DNA from: an uncultured Gammaproteobacteria bacterium
GTDB lineage: Bacteria > Patescibacteriota > Microgenomatia > UBA12405
Length of the DNA stretch: 42,749 nucleotides
Direction of reading: 5' to 3'
Assembly: GCA_964428535.1 (NCBI GenBank)
Contig: CAYRYK010000002.1
Span: 13,469-56,217 of the forward strand
The notes beneath the pieces were generated by a model, which searched no databases, had not been told where the DNA came from, and saw only the letters and a program-made list of their open reading frames with translations. Positions 19,343 to 26,269 of this stretch are shown here, one piece after another (the first letter of the stretch is position 1; the number at the start of each line of letters is the position of its first letter). The position numbers were made by a program, and so were the translations under genes.

Positions 19343-19701
19343 AAAAAATAATTCGTTTTTTACCGGCTTTGTTATGGATGGGTGTTATCTTTTATTTCTC
19401 TTGTCGCCAAACTACTGGCATTGGTGGTACTGTTTATTGGCATCGTTTTCTTATTCTTAAAACCTTTCATTTGATTGAGTATGCCACTCTTTTTGTTTTA
19501 ATCAATTTTGCTTTAAATAAAAAAACCACCTCAATTTTAATCGCTTATCTTTATGCCGTTAGCGACGAAATTCATCAATCGTTTACTCCTGGGCGTACCC
19601 CAAAATTCACTGATACTTTAATTGATTTGCTTGGTATTTTAATCGGATTTTTAGTCGTAAAGTTTATTTGGCCTAGGATTAAAAAGAAATTTACATCTTG
19701 A
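19339..19701 (+). CDS. VanZ-family membrane protein
   Basis: H..EY..L, SDE.HQ.F.PGR and D...D..G motifs typical of VanZ. GTGA overlap with the upstream stop. Confidence 0.75.
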   Translation: MKKIIRFLPALLWMGVIFYFSCRQTTGIGGTVYWHRFLILKTFHLIEYATLFVLINFALNKKTTSILIAYLYAVSDEIHQSFTPGRTPKFTDTLIDLLGILIGFLVVKFIWPRIKKKFTS

Positions 19702-19715
19702 CTCGGTTTCAAAAA

Positions 19716-19756
19716 ATCGTTTTAATGTATATCTGTTACATACATTCAAAAACGAT
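19716..19756. promoter_or_regulatory. Imperfect 15-17-bp inverted repeat just upstream of the TasA-like gene
   Basis: ATCGTTTTAATGTAT (19716-30) pairs with ATACATTcAAAAaCGAT (19740-56). Ends 2 nt before the ATG at 19759. Confidence 0.3.
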
Positions 19757-19758
19757 CT

Positions 19759-20358
19759 ATGAAAAAAATATTTCTAAGTTTAGCCATAATTATTGCTGTT
19801 AGTAGTTTCTCCTTTCTTTTAACTCGGGCCTATTTTTCCGACAGAAAAACTAGTTCTGGCAATAAATTTACTGTTGGTACCCTCGATTTACAAGTCGGCG
19901 ATTCCCAAAATGAACAGGTTGAACCATTTATTATTTCTGATTTGGGTACAGGTAAAATTGCTGGCCAAAAAATTTGGAAACTCAAAAATACTGGAAGTTT
20001 GTCTGGTCAATTTATTGCTGAACTTTCAAACATCTCCGATAATGAAAATGGTTGTAATGTCCCAGAAAAAGAAGTTGATCAAACTTGTGATGACCCCGGT
20101 ATTGGTCAAGGTGATTTAGGTAAATTAATTAGTGTCAATCTTTATTTAGATAATAGTCTTAAAATGACCTTTCCTTTAACTCCTTCAGGCATTTCTGCTT
20201 TAGAAAATTATTGGTCTAACAATAAAGTTATTTTAAATCCAGGCCAAGAATCAGAACTAAAAATAGAGTGGTTTGAAACCGGTGAATATGGTAACGAAAT
20301 CCAAAGTGATAGCTTATCTTTTGATTTAAATTTCAATCTTCAGCAAGTCATAAATTAA
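19759..20358 (+). CDS. TasA/camelysin-like protein with SipW-type signal peptide
   Basis: Signal peptide then RAYFSD...NKFTVGTLDL, compare TasA AAFND...F.SGTLDL. Also ...LKNTGSLSG.... Confidence 0.7.
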   Translation: MKKIFLSLAIIIAVSSFSFLLTRAYFSDRKTSSGNKFTVGTLDLQVGDSQNEQVEPFIISDLGTGKIAGQKIWKLKNTGSLSGQFIAELSNISDNENGCNVPEKEVDQTCDDPGIGQGDLGKLISVNLYLDNSLKMTFPLTPSGISALENYWSNNKVILNPGQESELKIEWFETGEYGNEIQSDSLSFDLNFNLQQVIN

Positions 20359-20361
20359 TCT

Positions 20362-20853
20362 ATGTCCTCAGCTCTAAGTTTTTTAAAATGGCTAGTAACT
20401 TCAATCCTAATAGTTTTAGCCTTATTCTTCCTCTTATCTCAGTTTAATCTCCCTGGCAATTACAAAATATTTTTAGTCCAATCAGGGTCCATGTCACCAG
20501 CTCTTAAAACTGGTGATATGGTTATTGTCAAACCAATTTCGTCATATCAAGTTAACGATATTATTACCTTTAACTCTCATCAAAATTTTACCGTCACACA
20601 CCGCATTATCCAAACAAACAATAATGGCTTTATCACCAAAGGTGACGCCAATTCGGTCACCGACCAAAACCAAGTCAATAAATCTCAAATACTAGGCAAA
20701 GTTTTTTTTACCGTTCCTAAAATTGGCTATTTCATTATGTTTGTTAAAAGTCTGCCAGGCCTAATTACCCTTATAATTATTCCTTCAACTTTGATTATTT
20801 ATCAAGAGTTTTTAGAAATAAAAAAGAATTTTAAAAAAACTGTTACTCAATAA
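20362..20853 (+). CDS. Signal peptidase I, SipW/archaeal (S26B) type
   Basis: SGSMSPALKTGDMVIV (catalytic Ser), VTHRI (His) and TKGDAN motifs. N- and C-terminal TM helices. Confidence 0.8.
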   Translation: MSSALSFLKWLVTSILIVLALFFLLSQFNLPGNYKIFLVQSGSMSPALKTGDMVIVKPISSYQVNDIITFNSHQNFTVTHRIIQTNNNGFITKGDANSVTDQNQVNKSQILGKVFFTVPKIGYFIMFVKSLPGLITLIIIPSTLIIYQEFLEIKKNFKKTVTQ

Positions 20854-20858
20854 TTTTT

Positions 20859-21413
20859 ATGGCTAGAATTTGGTTTTTAGTTCTAATTTTTAGTCTCATT
20901 TTAATTAAACCTACTAACGCTGATTTTGTTTCCACTAAATCGGTTAAAAACAATCAATTTGCAGCCACTACCCTCGATTTTTCTCAACTAAAAACTACCA
21001 ACGAATCAGCTGTTGAAAGTTTGTTTAACATTGATCATCTTATTCCTGGTGGCTATCAAGTCACTACCTTGAGAATCAAAAACCAAGGTAAATCTAATTT
21101 AAAATATAACCTTTCTTTCCAAAAAATAGCTGGGGATGATAATCTGTGTCGTCACCTAAAAATCGATTTATCAAAAAGTAATCAAATTTTTTATCAAGGC
21201 AATTTAGTCGATCTTAATTTAACTGATTCTTTTAATTCCAATCAAATTTCTAATGATTGGCTAATTACTCTTAAACTTGATTCAGATTATCTTTCTACTC
21301 AGTCGGGTTTTTGTCAATTTAATTTAGTCATCTTGGGTTTTAATCAAGATATTAATCAAAAAAGTGGTTTTGAATATCAACAAATTATTTCCAATAATGT
21401 TTCAGTCAATTAA
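20859..21413 (+). CDS. Second TasA/camelysin-like secreted protein
   Basis: Signal peptide then ADFVSTKSVKNNQFAATTLDF... and ...LIPGGYQVTTLRIKNQGKSNL.... Adjacent to the SipW-like peptidase. Confidence 0.55.
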   Translation: MARIWFLVLIFSLILIKPTNADFVSTKSVKNNQFAATTLDFSQLKTTNESAVESLFNIDHLIPGGYQVTTLRIKNQGKSNLKYNLSFQKIAGDDNLCRHLKIDLSKSNQIFYQGNLVDLNLTDSFNSNQISNDWLITLKLDSDYLSTQSGFCQFNLVILGFNQDINQKSGFEYQQIISNNVSVN

Positions 21414-21450
21414 ATTAACTCCAAATTAAAATTTCTTATATACTTAAACT

Positions 21451-22353
21451 GTGAAACGTAATTGGTCATATTTTTTTCTACCTAAAAAGGAAAATAATTT
21501 TCGTGCTGCTATTCTCAAGAATGGTTTCTTAGCTTTGTTGTTGGGTGTTTATCTTCTCAATCAAGCTTTTATTAAATATCTCAGTTTAACCAAACCTGGA
21601 GTTTTAGGTTATTCTTCCGAAATCACAGCTCAAAAAGTTTTTGATCAAACCAATCAACAAAGAACCAATCTTGGGTTACCTGCTCTTAAATATAATTCTC
21701 TTTTATCCCAATCTGCCACCAAAAAAGCCGAAGATATGTTTGCTAATAATTATTGGGCTCACAATTCTCCCAAGGGTACCACCCCCTGGGATTTCTTTAA
21801 ACTAGTTGGTTACCAATATTCTGTTGCTGGTGAAAACTTAGCTCGCGATTTTTATGACACCGATTCTCTTATGAAAGCATGGATGAATTCTCCCACACAT
21901 AAGGCCAATATTATTAATCAGAAATACCAAGAAATTGGTATTGGTGTGGTTAACGGCACTCTTGGTGGTATTAAAACTACTTTAGTAGTTCAACATTTTG
22001 GCACTCCAATTGTTGCTATCTCTCAATCCAAAAAAACTCCAGAAACTAAAAATACTAACACCGACGACATTGTCATTAATGATGAACAAAACAAAGTTGT
22101 TGATACTGCAACCAATACACCAGAAAGCCAAGTGTTAGCTCAAAATCAGCAAAATTATCTTAATCCTTTAACTCTTAATAAAATTTTTGGTTTTATCATT
22201 TTTGGTTTAATTATTGTCGTTTTATTTGTTGATGGTTATTTGACTCTCAAACACGGTGTTCATCGTTTAACCGGTTCTAGTGTTGGCCATATTGGTTTTT
22301 TAATTGTCATTCTTTTATTTATTCTTTACCAACAACAGGGGGTAATTTTTTAA
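21451..22353 (+). CDS. CAP/SCP (YkwD-like) domain protein with C-terminal TM helices
   Basis: NNYWAHNSP...GENLARDF...MKAWMNSPTHKANI....YQEIGIGV is the CAP-domain pattern. Confidence 0.8.
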   Translation: MKRNWSYFFLPKKENNFRAAILKNGFLALLLGVYLLNQAFIKYLSLTKPGVLGYSSEITAQKVFDQTNQQRTNLGLPALKYNSLLSQSATKKAEDMFANNYWAHNSPKGTTPWDFFKLVGYQYSVAGENLARDFYDTDSLMKAWMNSPTHKANIINQKYQEIGIGVVNGTLGGIKTTLVVQHFGTPIVAISQSKKTPETKNTNTDDIVINDEQNKVVDTATNTPESQVLAQNQQNYLNPLTLNKIFGFIIFGLIIVVLFVDGYLTLKHGVHRLTGSSVGHIGFLIVILLFILYQQQGVIF

Positions 22354-22617
22354 ATGATTATTCCAAAAGAAGTCCGCCAAAAACCAGCAGAGTATATTAT
22401 TCTTGGTTCTATTTTTCTAATTGGCCTACTCCTATATATTTTTGCTCCGTTCGATGCTCACGGAAAAAGGGTTATTGTTTATCTTATGGCCGCTAACTAT
22501 TTTTTTTGGAGTTTATATCACCATTACAAACGAGGTGACCTTAGTCTTCAAATTATTATCGAATACCTAGTCTTTGCCTTATTTGGTATTGCTTTACTTA
22601 CTTTATCGTTTTTTTAA
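22354..22617 (+). CDS. Small membrane protein (87 aa, 3 TM)
   Basis: Start abuts the upstream stop. Hydrophobic helices. No family recognised. Confidence 0.45.
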   Translation: MIIPKEVRQKPAEYIILGSIFLIGLLLYIFAPFDAHGKRVIVYLMAANYFFWSLYHHYKRGDLSLQIIIEYLVFALFGIALLTLSFF

Positions 22618-23314
22618 TTTGTTCTACTTGCCATTGTTTTATTTTTTTTGGATCTCCCGACAATAAAACCTCTGGTACTATCTTCCCCATAAAATCTCTT
22701 GGTCTGGTGTACTGAGGGTACTCGATTGTCCTCATCTTTTGACCATCAATTTCTGTTTCCGACCAACTTTCAGTTTTACTTGACTCGTCTTTACCCAAAA
22801 CACCGGGTAATAATCGGGCTACCGAATCAATCAATACCATTGCTGGTAATTCACCTCCAGTCAACACATAATCACCAATCGATATTTCTTCGTCAATCAT
22901 ATAATCACTAATTCTTTGGTCAAATCCTTCATAATGCCCAGCCAATATCACCAAATTATCCAATTTTGATAATTCTTCTGCTTTGGCTTGATCAAACTTT
23001 TTTCCTCTCGCCGACATCATAATTATTCTTGTTTTATTTTTATTTAAGCCCTGCCCTGTCAAGGGAAGGGTTTGGGAAGGGTTTTGTCCTAAAATTTCTA
23101 TTAGTGCCTTATAAACCGGCTCAGGTCTAATCAGCATCCCTACATCACCACCAAACGGTTTATCGTCTACCGAACCATAATCATCAATTGCCCAATCACG
23201 CAAATTATGGGTTTTTATTTCCACTAAATTATTTTTAATCGCCCTTTTTATAATGCTTTCTTCAAAGGGGGACTCAAACATTTTTGGAAACAATGTTAAC
23301 ACATCTATTTTCAT
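22598..23314 (-). CDS. trmD: tRNA (guanine37-N1)-methyltransferase TrmD
   Basis: MKIDVLTLFP.MF, D..PFGGD.GML, GHYEG.D.R and SIGDYVLTGGELPA motifs. Carries an antisense mini-repeat insertion at 23049-23086. Confidence 0.95.
   Translation of the reverse strand: MKIDVLTLFPKMFESPFEESIIKRAIKNNLVEIKTHNLRDWAIDDYGSVDDKPFGGDVGMLIRPEPVYKALIEILGQNPSQTLPLTGQGLNKNKTRIIMMSARGKKFDQAKAEELSKLDNLVILAGHYEGFDQRISDYMIDEEISIGDYVLTGGELPAMVLIDSVARLLPGVLGKDESSKTESWSETEIDGQKMRTIEYPQYTRPRDFMGKIVPEVLLSGDPKKIKQWQVEQIKKTIK
23049..23086 (+). repeat. Mini-repeat copy D (hairpin CCCTgCCCT/AGGGaAGGG, then AAGGGTTTTG 23077-23086), antisense and in-frame in trmD
   Basis: Encodes GQNPSQTLPLTGQGLNKN in a loop where E. coli TrmD, as I recall it, has only a few residues. 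Confidence 0.7.
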
Positions 23315-23353
23315 AGGCTTATTTTATCATTTTGCGTTATACTCATTTTATAT

Positions 23354-24550
23354 ATGACAACAAAAACTCAAAAACCAGTTGCTGTTATTGTTATCCCTAC
23401 CTACAATGAAGCCGACAATATCGGCCGAATGATTGAATATCTTAATACCAAAACTTTTGTTGACATTGAAAATAAAAAACATGATTTAACCGAAGATTGG
23501 CAAATGAAGATTTTAGTAGTTGATGGTAATTCACCCGATGGTACCGGTAAAGTTGTCGAAAAAGAAGCCAAAAAATATTCTAATACATTTTTGTATACCG
23601 AAACCAGTAAAGATGGTATCGGTGCTGCTTATCTCAAAGGCTTTAAATACGCTATGGAACAACTCAAAGCCGATTTTGTCTTTGAATTCGATGGTGATTT
23701 TCAACACCCTCCAGAAACTATCCCTGTCATGTTAAAAGCCATGGAAGATGGTTACGATTATGTCATTGGTTCCCGCAAAATTAAGGGCGGTTCCAATCCT
23801 AAAGGTTGGGGTTTCAAGCGAGTCTTTTTCTCAGAAGTTGGCGGATTTACTGCTCGTTTCATGATGTTTTTCCCTTTCAAAAATTTCTTTAAAGTCACTG
23901 ACCCAACTACCGGTCTCAAAGTCACTCGTGTCAAAGGTTTTATCGACAAGATGGATATGGACTACAGTCGTTTGTTAACTCGTAGTTTTGGTTATAAACT
24001 TCAACTTCTTTTTGAAACTCTCAAAATGGGAGCTAAATTTAAAGAAGTTCCACTTCAATTCCATGTTCGTAATGCCGGCGAATCAAAAATTGAATCAAAA
24101 ACTGCCAAAGATATTTTCCGAGTTGCTTTTTTACTTCGTTGGCGTGATGAATTTACCCAAAAATTCCTTAAATTTGGCACTGTCGGTTTTGTTGGCTATT
24201 TAGTCAATGCTACCTTCTTATCAATTTTCTCCAAAACTTGGTCTATTGAATGGCTTTCTTGGTTGTTATCTACTGAATTGTCTATTATCAGTAATTTCAC
24301 CCTCAATAATCTTTGGACATTTAAGTCACAACAAATTTCTGAATCCAAGCAATTAGTTTCCAAATTCCTTCAATTCAATCTTTCTTCTATGGGGGCTTTA
24401 TTAATCCAAACTATTTTTGGAACTTTAGGTGTTATGGCTTTTGGCTCTGGTTCTCGACAAATATTATTACCATTTATCATTGTTTTCTTAGTTCTTCCTT
24501 ACAATTGGTTCATGTATAACAAGTTCATTTGGAAGAATAAGAAAAAATAA
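23354..24550 (+). CDS. GT2 glycosyltransferase (polyprenol-phosphate sugar synthase-like) fused to a GtrA-like membrane domain
   Basis: VIPTYNE...DG.S.DGT...DGD.QH GT-A motifs. The C-terminal 4-TM segment has a GtrA-like pattern (KF..VG..G...N). Confidence 0.85.
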   Translation: MTTKTQKPVAVIVIPTYNEADNIGRMIEYLNTKTFVDIENKKHDLTEDWQMKILVVDGNSPDGTGKVVEKEAKKYSNTFLYTETSKDGIGAAYLKGFKYAMEQLKADFVFEFDGDFQHPPETIPVMLKAMEDGYDYVIGSRKIKGGSNPKGWGFKRVFFSEVGGFTARFMMFFPFKNFFKVTDPTTGLKVTRVKGFIDKMDMDYSRLLTRSFGYKLQLLFETLKMGAKFKEVPLQFHVRNAGESKIESKTAKDIFRVAFLLRWRDEFTQKFLKFGTVGFVGYLVNATFLSIFSKTWSIEWLSWLLSTELSIISNFTLNNLWTFKSQQISESKQLVSKFLQFNLSSMGALLIQTIFGTLGVMAFGSGSRQILLPFIIVFLVLPYNWFMYNKFIWKNKKK

Positions 24551-24591
24551 TCTCAATATTGTAAAATACATATATCTATATCTAATTATTT

Positions 24592-24619
24592 ATTAGACAT
24601 TAGAAATTAGACATTAGAA
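24592..24619 (+). repeat. Perfect tandem duplication of the 14-mer ATTAGACATTAGAA
   Basis: 24592-24605 and 24606-24619 are identical. Ends 6 nt before the ATG at 24626. Confidence 0.85.
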
Positions 24620-24625
24620 ATTTTT

Positions 24626-25345
24626 ATGAAAGGTATTATTCTTGCCGGTGGCCGTGCCACTCGTCTTCGTCCATTAACTGCCATTACTTCTAAGCAGCTT
24701 CTTCCTGTCTACAATAAACCCATGATTTTTTATCCTATCGAAACTTTAATTAAAGCCGGTATTAAGGATATTTTAATCATTATTGCCCCCGATTATTCTG
24801 GTCATTTTTTAAATCTTTTAGGAGATGGTAAGGAATTCGGTGCCCATTTTAATTATGCCGTTCAAAAAGAACCAAAAGGACTAGCTGATGCCTTCATTAT
24901 TGGTGCCGATTTTATCGGCGACGATAATGTCACCATGATTTTGGGTGACAATATTTTTGAACAAGATTTTTCTTCCGAAATTAAAAATTTCAAATCGGGT
25001 GGTATGGTTTTTGCCAAACAAGTACCCGATCCAGAACGTTTTGGTGTTGTCGAATTCGACCAAAACATGAAAGCTGTTTCTATAGAAGAAAAACCAGCCA
25101 AACCAAAAAGTAATTATGCCGTCGTTGGTCTTTATACTTACGATAATCAAGTCGTTGATATCGCCAAGAATCTTAAGCCATCAGATCGTGGTGAAATCGA
25201 AATCACTGACATTAACCGAACTTATTTAGAAAAAGGTCAATTGCAAGTCAATATTTTTGACTCCCTTTGGGAAGATGCCGGCACTTTCGATAGTCTTTTA
25301 CATGTCAGCAATATCATGGCCGAAAAAGCCAAGCAACAAGGCTAA
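24626..25345 (+). CDS. Sugar-1-phosphate nucleotidyltransferase (short RmlA/glucose-1-phosphate thymidylyltransferase-like)
   Basis: [17 protein letters not shown]...[14 protein letters not shown] motif. Confidence 0.85.
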   Translation: MKGIILAGGRATRLRPLTAITSKQLLPVYNKPMIFYPIETLIKAGIKDILIIIAPDYSGHFLNLLGDGKEFGAHFNYAVQKEPKGLADAFIIGADFIGDDNVTMILGDNIFEQDFSSEIKNFKSGGMVFAKQVPDPERFGVVEFDQNMKAVSIEEKPAKPKSNYAVVGLYTYDNQVVDIAKNLKPSDRGEIEITDINRTYLEKGQLQVNIFDSLWEDAGTFDSLLHVSNIMAEKAKQQG

Positions 25346-25351
25346 GGTTTT

Positions 25352-26176
25352 ATGAATTTTTCCCAAAATTTCATTAAATCACCTCAGCTTGTTTCTCAGC
25401 TTATTCAATCAAGTCAATTATCACCCGGTGATATCGTTGTCGAAATTGGTCCCGGAAAGGGGATTATTACTCAAAAATTATTAGACTTTGGTTGCCAAGT
25501 TATTGCCATCGAAAAAGATCGTCATTTAATTGCTGAACTTCAGTCTCGATTTTCTCAAAATAAAAACTTTAAATTAATTAATACTGACTTTCTTTTATGG
25601 TCATTACCCAAAACATCTTATAAAATTTTTTCCAACATTCCTTTTTCTATTACGGCTCCTATAATTAATAAAATTCTTAAATCAAACAATAAACCCACCG
25701 AAATGTATTTGATTCTTCAGCAAGAAGCCGCCGAAAAATTTTCTTTGTTTGATGATATTAATAATCAAGACGCCATTTTAGTTGCTCCATTTTATGATAT
25801 TGAAATTTTAGGTGATATAGACAGAACAGCTTTTACTCCAAAACCTCAGGTCAATATTGTTTTTGCCAAATTTGCCCTCTTAAACGAACCTTTAGTTAAT
25901 TTCCCTCATTATCAACAATTCCGTGATTTTATTATTTTTGGTTTTAATCAATGGAAACCCAATATTTTTGAAATTTACAAAAAAATATTTTCTTATGATC
26001 AATTCAAAAAAATTAATCATCAATTAAAAGTAAATTCCCTCAAACCAACTCAATTAAATCTTGATCAATGGCTAAATTTATTTTCTATTTACCAAAAATT
26101 TGTCCCTGATACTAAAAAACGCCTCATCGTCGGATTTGAGAAAAATCACTTATCCCATATTAAATCGTCAAACTAA
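25352..26176 (+). CDS. Erm-family 23S rRNA (adenine-N6)-methyltransferase-like protein
   Basis: Immediate N-terminal SQNFI.S, EIGPGKG SAM motif, YKIFSNIPFSITAPII (compare ErmC YKIFGNIPYNISTDII), F.PKP.VN, and C-terminal KKIFS.DQF...L..DQWLNLFSIY (compare ErmC KKIFTKNQF...FEQFLSLFNSY). Confidence 0.75.
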   Translation: MNFSQNFIKSPQLVSQLIQSSQLSPGDIVVEIGPGKGIITQKLLDFGCQVIAIEKDRHLIAELQSRFSQNKNFKLINTDFLLWSLPKTSYKIFSNIPFSITAPIINKILKSNNKPTEMYLILQQEAAEKFSLFDDINNQDAILVAPFYDIEILGDIDRTAFTPKPQVNIVFAKFALLNEPLVNFPHYQQFRDFIIFGFNQWKPNIFEIYKKIFSYDQFKKINHQLKVNSLKPTQLNLDQWLNLFSIYQKFVPDTKKRLIVGFEKNHLSHIKSSN

Positions 26177-26269
26177 TTTCCCCTATTGAATTAAATTATT
26201 GTTCGATATACACTCCACCTAATATCGAAAAAATATATATAAAAGTAAAAAGCATTTTTATATAAATTG

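Noticed and set aside
24592-24619. CRISPR array or other spacer-repeat structure (also considered for 35576-35607 and 39751-39782)
   Set aside because: The repeats are 8-14 nt, directly tandem without spacers, and only 2-4 units long. No cas genes are present in the window.
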